DNA from: Saprolegnia diclina VS20
Lineage: Eukaryota
Assembly (NCBI RefSeq): GCF_000281045.1
Contig: NW_008246081.1
Span: 734,204 to 772,179, forward strand
Direction: 5' to 3'
DNA: 37,976 nt
This document shows positions 20,432-32,892 of the stretch, one piece after another. How positions within the stretch are numbered: position 1 is the first letter of the stretch; each line of letters starts with the position of its first letter. The position numbers and the translations under genes are program-made. The notes below the pieces were generated by a model. It saw only the letters and a program-made list of their open reading frames with translations, did not search any database and was not told where the DNA came from.

Positions 20432-21982
20432 ATGGCACCTTTCTCGACGCGGGACGAACTCAAGTCGCTCGCAGGTCTTGCCGCGCCGATTCTGTGCTCC
20501 AACTTGGCGCTCTTTGGTATGTCGCTCACCGTGCTCATATCGGCCGGGCATCTCGGGTCGGCGCAGCTCACCGCCGTCGCGTACTCGCAAATGCTCTTTG
20601 ACATCACGATCCTCGTCTTTACGTACGGCTTTGTCGCGGGCCAAGCCGCGCTCTCGGCCCAAGCCTACGGTGCTGGCAATCTTCCGCTTGTGGGTCGTTA
20701 CTGCCAAATGACCTGCGTCATCGTCTCACTCGCGTGCGTTCCCATTGGCGCGCTGTGGTGGTTCACGGGCGACTTGCTTTTCGCGGGCGGCGTCTCAGCG
20801 ACGACCGCAGCGCATGCGACCGCGTACGCCCACTACGCGATGCCAGGGCTCCTCCCGCGCCTCCTCTTCCACGTGCTAAGCATCTACTTCAAGTCGATGC
20901 AAAACGTAATTCCGGCCGCGGTCCTTGCCGTCACATTTGCCATACTCAACGTTGGTCTCGTGCCGCTGCTGGTGTTTGGCGCCCCGTCGATCGGATTTCA
21001 AGGCTACGGCCTCGTCGGCGCCCCGATCGCGTACGTGATTTGCCAGTACGCGCGCACGTCAGCCTACGTCATCTACATGTTTGGCTACAAGAAGCACCAC
21101 GCGACCTCGTGGCAGTGGTCGACCAAGTTCCTTGACGCCAAGCTCTATTTGATGCCGATGGTGCGCGTCGGCGGCCCGCTCGCCCTTGGGATGCTCGTCG
21201 AAGACATGCAGCTGCAGACGATGGCCATCTTTGCGGGCATGACGAGCGAGGTAGCACTCGGCGCCAACAACTCGATGCTGGAGCTCATCATGTTCCTCAC
21301 GAGTCCGCTCCTCGGCCTCCTCGACGCCGCAACCACGCGCATCGGCATGCATCTGGGCGCGGGCGACGCGCACGCGGCGAAAGCGACGAGTCACCTCGTT
21401 CTTTATAGCATTCTCAGTGTCTGCGCCGTCATTGTGGTACCCTGGCTTTGCGCCCGGTCCGCGATCGGCCACCTCTTCTCGTCGGACGCGAGCGTCGTCG
21501 AGAGCATGACCAACATCACCACCTTGGCCGCCGCGGGCTACATTCTCATGTCGTTTTTCTACTACGCCATGGTACGCCTTGCGATATTCCTGCGGTCGTA
21601 TCCGGAAACATAAGAATGACGTGGCATCGCGTAGGCGACGCTCGAAGCCCAGGCCCGGACGGTGCCCATCATGACGTCGTTCCTTGTCGGCGCTTGGGTC
21701 ATTGGCGTGCCGTTGGCGTACGTCCTCGACTTCAACGCGGGCTACGGTCTCCTCGGCATCTGGATCGGCATGTCAGCCGGCTATGCGACGACGACTTTCT
21801 TCGGCGTCTACTTTACGTACAAGTCGGATTGGCCCGAAGAAGCCAAAAAGGCAGTCGCTCGGAGCACTGAGAAGGACGATAGCGCGACCTCGATCGAGAG
21901 CGGTCGTGCACCGGAAACGGGCTACGAAGCTGTGCTCGAAACCCCATCGAAAGAGGCCGCAACGCGCGACCACATTGCATAA
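20432..21982 (+). CDS. MATE (multidrug and toxic compound extrusion) transporter (2 exons)
   Basis: ELKSLAGLAAP, AGHLGSAQLTAV, ALSAQAYGAGN, GYGLVGAPIA, AATTRIGMHLGAGD and GYGLLGIWIGM. Intron 21572-21634 joins the two ORFs in frame. Confidence 0.93.
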
Positions 21983-22297
21983 AGCGCTGAGCTCAATGAC
22001 GACAGCACGCAAGTCGACTGGACGAGAGGATATGTACATTCGTAATGCAATACCGTCTCGATCGTACACTCGAGCGCTAGTGACTAAAGCCCAAGTGTGT
22101 GAGCAGGTGGTGTGTGAGCTCCTGTGCGACGATACATGTACAGGTGGTGTACCAATCGAACCATGTACTCGAGTCCATATGGGCACATGGACTGTACCCA
22201 AGCACGAATCCGTTGCACGAGCTGAGTATGTCGTGATGGATCCCTTGCGGACGCGTCGGTACTCGTAGCATTAGTTAGTAGTACACGTATGTTCACT

Positions 22298-25030
22298 CTA
22301 CTGAATGCACAACTTTGTGCTTGTCGATGGACTCGTGGGGTCGTCCTCGGCTCCGCGGCGGCGTTTCCGCAGTCGGGCATTGGCGGGTGTCAGCACTTCG
22401 CAGAGCATTGTGAGCAAGTCTTCGTCGGGCACGAGGCGTTTCCACGTCTCGATTTGATAGTCTTCGTCGTCTTCGTTGCCGGTGGGCTGCAGCGTGGTGG
22501 AGGGAATCGCGCCGACGACACCGAGCAGCTCGATGGTTCGGGGTCGCACCGCAGGGCACAGTTCGTCGCTTGGGCGCGTGCTGCACTTGGCACAGAGGCA
22601 TGCTATCGTTAGCGCCACTCGGAGCGCGGTGAGGTGGTCAGAGCCGGAGAGCAACGGCGCCTTGGGCAGCCCAAGCATGGCCAGGGCCGAGGCCACCACC
22701 AGCTGGCGCATAGCATCATCGAGCACATCGAGTTTCGAGAGCCTTGCGAGCAGCGGCGCCAGCAGCTTTTGTTGCACGCTCTTGGGGCGTGCGAGGAGGC
22801 CAGACACGATAGCTTTGGCCAGTGACAAGCTCTCGTGCGGTGCCCACTTGAGTGCAAACTCCAATGCATTGCAAGCAAATGCCACGCGCCGGCCGTTGCT
22901 GCCATTGTCGCCGTCGTCGCCCGTCGACGCGACGGATGCTGTTGGCGGAAACGAGTAGCGGGCCATGTCCAAGAGCACGCTGGGTGCCCGCAGGACCATG
23001 GCGGTGAGCGCGGCGCGGACATCGCGGCACCATATGTCGGGTGTTGCCACCTCCGCCACCGCGCAGATGGCGGCAATGATCACGTCACCAGACGCGAGCC
23101 ACAGCGCAGCATCGTCCACAATATCACAAAGACGCTCCGGACAGTCGGTGACAATCAGAAGCAAGCGGCCCGTCATGGATCGAAGTGAGGCGGGGCGTCC
23201 ACTGCAGCGCGTCTTGTCAAGCAGCAGCTTGGTGTATGGCGCGAGAGGTACGCGCGGGTCGCTTTGGCGGGCAAAGGCGAGTGCAGGGGCGAGCACGGAC
23301 GCACTGGGCATGCGTCCCCTCTGCACAAACGCCACAAGGTCTCGCGGCAGAAGAAACGAGTGGACGTAGACTACCAACGAGGCTGGCAGCTTTTGTGCCA
23401 GACTGTGGCGCTCGGCGACGTCGAGCGAAGTCAGCTGCGATTGCAAGAGCAGTGCGTGCTGGAGTAGCGTCACGTTTCTGTCTGCGTCACGGTGGGTGTC
23501 GTTGCCGTGGGGGTAGGCCACGTCGACGAGCGCCACAAAACACTGCAAGACGAAGTCGCTGGCGCATGGGTCCGAGAGCACGGGACAGACCGGGTCGTCG
23601 CTGCGCCCGAGAAGACTGGCGAGCCAAATGTATGGAATGTCCGACCACGCAAGTCGCCTGCAAAACTCCTGCAACGCCAATGCCAGCGTGGTCCACCCGA
23701 ACCGTTCGCCGCACTGATACAGCAGCGGTCCCATCGTCACCGGTGTCATCCGCGCGTGCACTTCGCATTGCGCGGCGCGGCGTAGAAAAGTTAGCACCAA
23801 GTCCTTGGCGTTGAGCTGCAGCAAGAGGCGGAGGAGTCGCGTCATGTACGGTGTATGGGCGTCGTTTTCAGCGCTGCAGACGCGGCACGTGATTACGTGG
23901 CCGACGTCCGCCTCGGCGCTGACCATCTCGAGGACTGCGTGGGCCATCGCCGTCGCGTCATCGTACCCTTTCATGTCGCTTGGCTCGCCCGCGATCGCAC
24001 AGCCCAAGTCAAAGAGCGCGACTTGGTGCCGATAGAAGCGCAGTCGGTGCGTCTTGGGCCAAAACACGAGCGCAAACGTGCCATGTGCAAACGCCGTATG
24101 GATCCAGCCGTCCACGGTGGCCCACAGCACGTCGCCTTGCATGTGCGTCGGCATCGTCGTATGGGATGGAAACACCGCCTCGTCCACGTACCAGCTCTCC
24201 ATGCCCATAGCACACCGGGCACCGTGCGGCGTGACCGACACGAGAGCCACGTCAAAGGCGCCCGAGGTTGCAAGCGCATCGACGATGGCCGCGTCGACGC
24301 CGCGGAGGCTGGCGACGTCAAGCGGCGCACGCGCAAAGACGTGACCAAAGCGATAGGCTCGTGAGAGCGGGATGCCAATGCGAGCGTGGTACTGGAATGG
24401 TATTTGTGCCAGCGCACCGAGCGCAGCGACTGCGCTCGTCAACCGACTTGGCGACGAAGGCGACGTGTACACGAGCGAGAAGACCAGCGTGGCGCGCACA
24501 CCGCTGCAGATGGTCGCGGCGTTCACGTAGCGGGAGGCGTCAAACGCGACCCACGCGCCGGATGGCAGTGCCGTGGCGGGTGACGCGCCGTATTCCGTCA
24601 GTAGCGAGAGGTCGCCGCCATTATAAACACTTGCAAGCGGCACTAGCAAGGTGGCAAACGCGCCAGGAGGCGGCGCCGCGACCACAAACGCATCGTCGTA
24701 CCCCGTCGCATCCAGCGCCAAGTGCGAGAGGACCATGTGGAACGGCTCGTGGAGAGCGAGGCGCTTCGTAACAACGGAGCTTACATCGGCTTGGAGCTTC
24801 TGGTGCCATTCGGCGTTGGAGATGACAAGGTCCGCTGATGCTATTAGCGCCAGGCGCGGCCAGGACGTGGTCGAGAGAAAGGCAGCGGCGTCTTGGAGCG
24901 GCAACGAGAGCGGAACGCCCTGCACGACAAGCTGCGGGTCGGTCGCTGGCAACGCATACGCGCAGCTCGGGCCAAGCGAGGCGCGAAGCGAGCGCAGCGC
25001 GTCGGCGTAGCGCTCCAGCACGACCACCAT
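22298..25030 (-). CDS. Intronless ~910-aa protein with a degenerate N-terminal 2OG-Fe(II)-oxygenase-like domain
   Basis: Long ORF with first ATG at 25030. DPQLVVQGVPLSLPL, GAFATLLVPLASVYNGGDLSL and WVAF..ICSGVRATLVFSL resemble the prolyl-4-hydroxylase-like beta core. Also ALVFWPK, C-terminal CLCAKC and basic RLRKRRR. Confidence 0.7.
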   Translation of the reverse strand: MVVVLERYADALRSLRASLGPSCAYALPATDPQLVVQGVPLSLPLQDAAAFLSTTSWPRLALIASADLVISNAEWHQKLQADVSSVVTKRLALHEPFHMVLSHLALDATGYDDAFVVAAPPPGAFATLLVPLASVYNGGDLSLLTEYGASPATALPSGAWVAFDASRYVNAATICSGVRATLVFSLVYTSPSSPSRLTSAVAALGALAQIPFQYHARIGIPLSRAYRFGHVFARAPLDVASLRGVDAAIVDALATSGAFDVALVSVTPHGARCAMGMESWYVDEAVFPSHTTMPTHMQGDVLWATVDGWIHTAFAHGTFALVFWPKTHRLRFYRHQVALFDLGCAIAGEPSDMKGYDDATAMAHAVLEMVSAEADVGHVITCRVCSAENDAHTPYMTRLLRLLLQLNAKDLVLTFLRRAAQCEVHARMTPVTMGPLLYQCGERFGWTTLALALQEFCRRLAWSDIPYIWLASLLGRSDDPVCPVLSDPCASDFVLQCFVALVDVAYPHGNDTHRDADRNVTLLQHALLLQSQLTSLDVAERHSLAQKLPASLVVYVHSFLLPRDLVAFVQRGRMPSASVLAPALAFARQSDPRVPLAPYTKLLLDKTRCSGRPASLRSMTGRLLLIVTDCPERLCDIVDDAALWLASGDVIIAAICAVAEVATPDIWCRDVRAALTAMVLRAPSVLLDMARYSFPPTASVASTGDDGDNGSNGRRVAFACNALEFALKWAPHESLSLAKAIVSGLLARPKSVQQKLLAPLLARLSKLDVLDDAMRQLVVASALAMLGLPKAPLLSGSDHLTALRVALTIACLCAKCSTRPSDELCPAVRPRTIELLGVVGAIPSTTLQPTGNEDDEDYQIETWKRLVPDEDLLTMLCEVLTPANARLRKRRRGAEDDPTSPSTSTKLCIQ

Positions 25031-25994
25031 AGATCCGAGTGCAACCAATCGCCAAAATCCCCGTGCCGGACCATCATTCTATACCTCGCCCTGTCGCAGC
25101 ACCAAGTTGCATTGTCCGAGAGCAATGTGAGATAAGCACTTGCACTCTCGCGCTGCGACGGTTGCCCGTCATTCGTTGATCACTCTTCCATTGGAGCTGC
25201 ATGTCAAAGTAACGTCGTTTCGCGGTCTCCCATTTCGCCGAGTTGGTAGGACCTGTGTACGGCCATCTCCGGTGTCCGCGTGGTCTCCTGTCCCTCACAG
25301 CCGGAGCTTCGTGGACTTGAGCGCAAGGCGAATTGATCCCTCGACTCTCTTTTTGCGTCTACCAGCTATGTCTTCTTGCTCGACACACGCCATTTCAACT
25401 GCTAAAACCACGAGGGACGATGGAGTCGACCACGCTCGGGCGAGATCGTACTGTAGCGCACTAGGCTAGCGTATTGCTCACGCGTCCACAGTATACTCGT
25501 ATCCCAAGGCAAGAGGCGAGGTGGACCACCTAAGCGATGCTACAACTAATTGTCCTTGTAGTTGTTAGACGACCGGCAGTATAGCGGTGTCCGAGCGCTC
25601 GCCATCACGTAGCTGTTGCCACGCATTTGCCGTTTGGACTGAGGCAGTCAATGGCCCACGGTCCAATCACATCGCGCCATCTCTGATCTTTGAACTTCGT
25701 CGTCGCCACCCTTCGTCACGGCCAAGCGATGGCAGTCGCTGCGGTCGCCTGCGGTCACCACCTCGTGCGCGCTCTATGTGCGTGGCCAGAGAACGTATGA
25801 GTCGAGATGGCGGCGGCGGGCGGCAGAGGTGAAGGGCAGAAGCGGCAAAGTCGGGATAGGGGATCGCCATGGATCCATGCACGTGATTGGTCGAATCTGG
25901 CGGCAGATCCAGCCGGCCATTCATTTTTGGCTTGAAGTAACTATACCTGGCTCGACCTCGGCCGAGCCGGTGGTCATTCTCCAAAGACATCACG

Positions 25995-28900
25995 ATGGCC
26001 GACTTTGCCCCGGAGCGACTGGAAGCGTGCCTGCTGCAGCTCACGGCCAGCAACACGGCGACGATCAAGGAAGCCGAGGCCATCATCAAGGCGTACCTCA
26101 AGACGCCGGGCTCGGTCACTGGCCTCGTGCTGCAAATCCAAGGCTCGGCCCACGTCGCCGTGCGCCAGTTGGCCGCGATCCTCCTGCGCCTCAAGGTCTC
26201 CAAGCACTGGGCCAAGCTCGATGATGCGACCCAGAATGGCATCAAGCAGACGCTTCTGACGCGCATCATGGAAGAGTCCGAGTCGGTCGTCAAGTCGGCG
26301 GTCGCGCGCCTCATTGCGCAGCTCGCGCGGGACCTTGTGCCCCGCAACGAGTGGCCCGACCTCTTTGCGTGCATCGAAGCGTGCGCCTCGAACGCCAACG
26401 CATCGGCCCGCGCGCTTGCGATGCTCTTGCTCTCCAAGCTCAACGAGACGATTGGCGAGCACCTTTTGCAGCACTTTTCGACGCTCAAGCGTCTCTTCCT
26501 CGGCGCGCTCCAGGACGCCGAGATCAAGGTCCGCATTGAGGCCATGCACGCTGCGTGCGGCCTCGTCGAGTTTCTTGAGAAGAAGCAGGCCATCGAGGTA
26601 CCCTCGTCTTCCTTCCCTGGCCTTTCTCACTTTGCCCTTTGACACATGTAGTTCCAGCAGCTCATTGAGCCGATGCTGCAGGTCCTCCAGGCGTGCATTG
26701 CCTCGAACGCTGAGCTTGAAGCATGCGAGTTTATGGACGTCTTCTCGGAGCTCGCCAAGTCGCCGTTCCCGATGCTCACAAAGGCCCTCCCGCACCTCGT
26801 GACGCTGCTCCTCAACATCTTTGTCGCTGACGGTCTTGAGCCGAGCACGCGTGCGGCCGCTTCGAGCGCACTCAACGCGATCATCGAGGCCAAGCCCAAG
26901 GCGCTCGCCAAGGCCGCGCTTGTGCCGCAGATCTTTACGACGATGCTCAAGCTCATTGCGTCCGACACGCACTCGGCCAGCGGCATGTTTGCGACGCTTC
27001 TTCAAGAAGACGGCGACGACGACGACGACGAGGACGAGCCCATCACGCAGCTCGCGCAGCGCACGCTCGACTACCTCGCGCTCGATGTCTCGCCCAAGAC
27101 GATCAACCCGATCGTGCTCCAGTGCACGCAGGAGTGCGTCCGGTCGGCCGACCCCAACATGCAAAAGGCCGGCGTCCTCGCGCTCGGTGTCGTCTCGGAA
27201 GGCTGCTCGGGGTTCCTCTCGACGAACGTCAAGAGCATCCTCCCGTTCATTTACGAAGCGGCTGCGTCGCCGCATGCAGCGGTCCGTGAAGCGGCTTGCT
27301 TCTCGCTCGGCCAGTTTTGCGAGTACCTCCAGCCCGTCATCCAGAACCACCACGCCGAGATCGTCCCGGTGGCGCTTGCGCTCCTCGATGACCCGTCGCT
27401 GCCCGTGAAGGCGACCTCGTGCTATGTGCTCGAGGTCTTCACCGAGTCGATGGAGCCGAGCGAAATCAAGCCGTTCCTGGCGGCGCTCGTTGAGAAGCTC
27501 GTGGGCCTCATCCGCACGCAAAAGCCGTCGATCCAGAAGCTTGCGATTTCGGCGCTGGGGTCGGCGTCGGTCGGTGCCAAGGCCGAGTTTGCCCCGTACT
27601 TCCAGGGCGTGTGTGAGCTCCTCCAGCCGTTCCTTGGCATCACGGACCCCAAGTTTTACTCGCTTCGTGGTACGGCCATCGAATGCCTCGGGTACCTTGT
27701 CGTGGCCATGGGCGCCGAGCGCTTTGGTGCGACGCTCCAGTCGATCATGCCGTATGTGTTCCAGACGATCGCGCTCAACGACGTCGAGCTCACGGAGCTC
27801 AGCCTCGGCTTCATCATCAACACGTCCAACATCTACAAGAAGGAGTTCCTGCCGTACGTTGAGACGTGCGTGCAGGCGATTCTGCCGTGCCTCCAGCCCG
27901 AAGACGGCATCACGATCGTTGGCGACGACGACGAGGGTGTCGCCCAGGGCTTCGAGTCGGACGACGACGAAGACGACGACGATGGCAAGTGCACGCTCAG
28001 CATCCGCACGGCGACGCTCGAGATGAAGTGCCGCGCGGTCGAGTGCATCGAAGCGCTCGCCTCCAACATTGGTGGCGCCTTTGACGTCTTTGTGCCCAAG
28101 CTCCTCGAGGGCCTGAGCCTCCTCGTCGACTACATTCACGAAGACGTGCGTGGTGCGGTCGCCGAGGCCTGCGCCGCGCTCATCGTCTGCTCGTTCTACG
28201 CGGCGACGCCGGCGGCCGAAGAGAACCAGGTGTGGGTCCAGGGCCAGGTCGACGCGAGCTTGTTGCACCCGCGCACCAAGGCGCTCCTCGACAAGCTCAC
28301 GCAGGACGTGTTCCTCGAGTTCCTCGAAGACCCGGAGAAGATTGTCGTCGAGCGCACGCTCACGGCGCTCACGACGTTGTCGGCGACGATTGGCCCGATC
28401 GTGACGGCCCCGTACTTTGAGCAGCTGCTCACGATCGCGCAGGCCATTCTGACGCACGCGCACATTTGCCAGGACGGCTACGACGAGGCCTCTGAGCACG
28501 ACGAAGACGAGGACGACGAGGACCTCGAGGGCGGCAGCGTCCTCGACAACCTCACGGAGCTCCTCGGCTCGATGGCCAAGTGCTTTGGCCCGGTGTTCGA
28601 CCAGCTCTGGTCGCAGCTCTTCCCGTTCGCGGTGCAGTACGCCAACGGCCCGCACCCGGACAAGGACCGCGCGTCGATCCTCGGCTGCTTTGGCGAGGTC
28701 CTCCCCGAGATCCAGAACCTCTCGTACGTCCCGACCGTCCTCCCGCTCATGCTCAAGGCGTGCGCGGGCGAGAACACGTCGGTGCAGCGCAACGCGGCGT
28801 TCGCGCTTGGCATGCTCGTCAAGATGTCGGGCGCGTCGCTCGCGCCGCAGTACCTCCAGGTGCTCCAGGCCCTCCACCCGCTCTTTGGCAGCGACGAGGA

Positions 28901-29276
28901 AGGTGTCGTTGACAATGCGGCGTCGGCTGTCGCCAAGATGATCATGACGCACCAGGAAAGCGTCCCGCTCGAGGCCGTCCTGCCTGTCTTCCTCAAGGCG
29001 CTGCCGCTCAAGGCCGACTTTACCGAAACCGAGTCGGTGTTTACGTGCCTCCTCGGCCTCCTCCAGGCGCAGAACCCGATCGTCCTCAACGCGATGCCCC
29101 AAATCGCGGCCATCTTTGCGCAGTCGCTCTCGGAAGACTCGGACGTCGACGACGACGTCCAAGTCAAGATCCGCGCGTGCGTGCAGTGGCTCGTCGCGAC
29201 CTTCCCGGAACAGATGAAGTCCATTGTCGGTGCCATGGACCCGGCGGCCCAGGCCATCCTCTCGACGTGCGTCTGA
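25995..29276 (+). CDS. IPO4: Importin-4 (karyopherin-beta family, HEAT repeats; 2 exons)
   Basis: IBN_N-like start (NTATIKEAE..VRQLAAILLR), EWPDL, GVLALGVVSEGC, VREAACFSLGQFCEYLQP, RNAAFALG, VVDNAASAVAKMI and LKALPLKADFTE. Intron 26598-26651. Confidence 0.9.
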
Positions 29277-29455
29277 GCACGCAAGCGTCTGAGAGGTAGC
29301 ATGGCTGTATTTAGATTTTGTTAATATATTGTCTATACGCTTGGCACAATCAGCACCTCTTGCGATACGTCAACTGGTTCATTGTAGACCGGTGGACACT
29401 GCCGTTCATTTTGTTCATTCATCGATTCTTATTTATGCAAATCCACACGTGGTGC

Positions 29456-32400
29456 CTAGTGCTTGCGACGCTTGGGGGGCGGGCCGCCGTGCTTGCTGCC
29501 GCTGCTCTTGGACTTCTTGTTCTTTTTTCGGTGCTCGTCGTCGCTCTCTTCTTCCTCGCGCGCCTGCTTCTCGTGGCGCATGAGGTCCGACGCGCGCGCC
29601 TCGTTCTCGAGCTCTTCCCACGTCGGTCCATCGTCCTCGTCGTCGTCCTCGTCGCCCGAGCCCGCGTCGCTCGACTCGTCTTCATCGACCAGCGACACGT
29701 CCGAGTCCGAGTCGTCCGAATCGTCGTCGTCGTCGTCATCGTCGTCGTCGCCCGAGCCGTCGGCTTCAAACTCCGACTCTTCCTCGTCGCTGCCGTCTTC
29801 GTCGTCATCGCTGCCGTCCATCTTGAGAAACTCCCAGCCCGCGGGTTTCGGAACGCCGTCCTCGTCCGTGTCGAGGTAGAACCGGTCGTCCGACTTGATC
29901 GTCGCCATGATCTGCTTCCAGTTCAGGTTGGCCGTGCCTTCGGTAAAGCAGATATCAATGTCGTCGAGCCACTCCTTGATGCGCTCGAGCTCTTGCGTCG
30001 AGATCGCCGAGACGCGCACCGGCAACACGTCAAAGTTCTTGTGGATGAAGACCATGTCAAAGTTCTTCGAGCCAAAAAAGACGCGCTCGAAATGCACGTG
30101 CTCGACGTCGTCGAGGAGCGTGATGAAGAACGGAAACTCGGTCAGCGACACGAGACAGTGCACGGTCGGCTGCAATAGCACCATTTCCTTGAACGGCGTG
30201 CCCGAGAAGCCGAGCTCGCGGTACGGAATGTCAAACGTGATCGTCTTGTCGACGCGCTCGCTGACGCTCTCGACCTTTTGGCAAAAGTCCTTGAACGTCG
30301 TGTTGAGCTTCTCGCGGAGCGCACGCTCGCGGCCTTCTTCGTCGAGCTCGTCCGGGTCGTACATGGACCGGCGGCGGTTGTCGAGCGCTTGGGACGACTC
30401 GATGACCTCCGTGTAAAACTGCACATCGCGGTGCTTCTTCTTGCCAATCATAATGTGGTGCTTGAGGTGAAAGTGGATGAGCACCACGAGCTCATTGTCG
30501 CACGGCTGGAAAATCGCGTGCTTGATGTTCGAGTACAGAATGTCGAGCTTCTGGTTCTTGTTGGTCGTAAAGCGGAGACCGTTCTGGTGCGCCTCGAGCG
30601 TCCCCGTCGTCTTGCGCCCACTCAAATGCGGCCGCGCGCTCAGGTCGCTCAGCCGCGGCACGCGGCGGTCGCGCGTCAAAATCAAATCTTCTTGCACGAC
30701 AAGGTCCGACTCTTCCTGCTCCTGCTGCTCGCGTTGCTTGACGCGCTTCTGGAGCTCCTTGATGAGCCGAAACTGGTTGTTGAGGTTGTGCGCGTCCGTC
30801 GAGCGGAAACCGAGCTCCTTGATAAACATGAGCGACGGATGCTGCGCGACAATGGCCTGCAGCGCCGGCGACGCGTCCTTCCCGAGCGTGCCGCCGACGC
30901 CCGGGCAGTGAAAGTTGATGCGGAGGTATGTCGCCTTGTCTTCCTCCGACTTGCTCACGTTCTTGATCGTCGAAATGTGGAACGGCACGGCGACGCCGTT
31001 GATGGGCACAATGACCGCTTCGTGGCGCATGTCGACCGACACTTGGCGCGGACGCAGCTCCGGGTACTGTGACGGGTGCTTGTACGCGACGATCGCATGC
31101 TTGTCCGAGCGCTTGCCCGTGACAGCGTCGCTGCTCTGCTCCTCAAGCCGGCGCATGGCTTCTTCGCGCTTGCGCTTCATGAGTTCGGCTTGGTGGCGTT
31201 CGCGGCGCTCTTGGTCCGTCTCCTTGCCTTCGAGCGCACGCTGCTGGTCGCGGAGGCGCGACTGCAGCACGTTGTTGCGCGTGCTCACAGCGCCGCCATT
31301 GTCGTCGTCGTCGAGCTCGGCCGCCTCGACCTTGGTCGGCACCTTCTTCTTCGACTCCTTCGACGGCTTGCTCGACGAGTCCGTGTCCTCAATGTCGTAG
31401 TGGATCTTGCCCCACGCCTTGGGCACCTTGGTGAGCACCTTGGTCTCGTCGGCGGACACCGTGATCGTGTCCGCAAGCAAAATCGAGTACGTCTCGGGGA
31501 GGTGCTTGGGGCGGTTGTCGCCGAGCGGGATGTTCTGAAAGCCAATCGCAACGTTGAACGCTTGGCCCGCCTGCACCACGTGGTGGTTCTTGGCCGCGAG
31601 CAGCATCGACGACTCGCGAAAGTCGAGACCAATGCCAAAGCCAAAGTTCTTGGTCAACTGCTTCGCGAGCTTGGGGTTCTTCGACTCGACAAACTTGGTC
31701 ACCTTCTCGACGACCGACGAGATCTTCTTGCCGGGGCGAAGCTCCGCAATGCAGAGCTCTTGCGCGTCCAAGAGCAGCTCGTACGACCGCTCCATCGACT
31801 TCATGGGCGTAATAAAGTACGTGCGCGCCACGTTCGAGCAGTAGCCTACACGAATGTGAGCACTTGCAGGAGGGCGCATACGGAGCATGCACGTACCCTT
31901 GTAGCGCGAGCCCAACGAGGCAATGATGACGTCAAACTTGAGCGAAGACGAGCTGCTTTGCGCGCTCGGGCGCAAGTCGTACGTGCCGCCCGACTGGATG
32001 ATCGGCGAGTAGCACGACTCAATGTCTTCGGGGCTCAATGCGACCTTGATCTTGCTCGGGTCTTCGTAGATGCCTTCGATCTGCGCACTGAGCACGTCGT
32101 GCTTGACCTTCTTGTCTTCGTCAATGATGCTCTCCATGTCTTCGATAAACTTGAGCTGGAAGACCTTCTTTGTGAGCGCGGCTGCCCAGCGAATGTTCTC
32201 CTAACACATGCATTTGGTGAGGATGCCTGTATAACGGTACGATGATGGGACGTACGAGCTCTTCCGAGGCCTTGACGCGGAGCGCGGCTTCGATCCCCTT
32301 GGAGACATCGACTTTTTCAAAGGCGGCGGCCTCGACTTCCTTGAGAAAGTTCTGGACGAGATCCCCTTCCGGGTTCTCTTTCGCGAGAACGCCGAGGCGC

Positions 32401-32892
32401 TTGCCGGCGCCGGACCCTTGCAGCGCCTTGATGAGCGTCTCGTAGTTGGCCTTGTTTCCGTCGGCCTTTTCGCGCTTGAGGAGCTCGAGCTTGATATCAG
32501 ACGTCGCATTGCCGTCCTGGATGGCTTCGAGCATCGCGTACTTGCGGCCGCTCGTCAAAACGTAGACCGTCGACTTGGTAAAGACCATGAGAGTCTCGGG
32601 GAACTCGAGGAAGCCCAAGAGGTAGAACTGCATGATGGCCGACTTGCGGTACCCGCTGTCATCGCCGTTGGGCTTCCCGGCGAGCACGCAGAACGCGTCG
32701 ACGGCCGGCTCGCCCCACTCCGGGTTCTTCGCATCCTACCCACCATGTCCATGAGCCGCCTATTCGCTTCATGGCCCTGCGCCATCTCCGAGGCGCATGG
32801 AGGAAGCATGATCGACCTACCTGCCAAGACGCATAGACGTTCTTGAGGCGCCGGAAGAAGAGGTCCTTGTCCAGCTGCGGCTCGCCCGACAT
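29456..32892 (-). CDS. SPT16: FACT complex subunit SPT16 (4 exons)
   Basis: Introns at 32736-32820, 32201-32255 and 31846-31896. Motifs FFRRLK, YLLGFLEFPETLM, CYSPIIQSGG, YKGYCSNVART, PFHISTIKNVSK, GTLEAHQNGLRF, FDIPYRELGF and HVHFERV. Acidic tail and NLS PPPKRRKH. Confidence 0.97.

Noticed and set aside
25974..29162. 1062-aa minus-strand ORF overlapping importin-4
   Set aside because: Antisense shadow of a gene with strong C/G third-position bias. It is R/L/V/E-rich, has no motifs and mirrors the importin codons.
29620..29820. TCG/GAC trinucleotide-rich tract as a microsatellite or array
   Set aside because: It encodes the normal acidic C-terminal tail of SPT16; similar tracts in importin-4 and PDIA6 are also coding.
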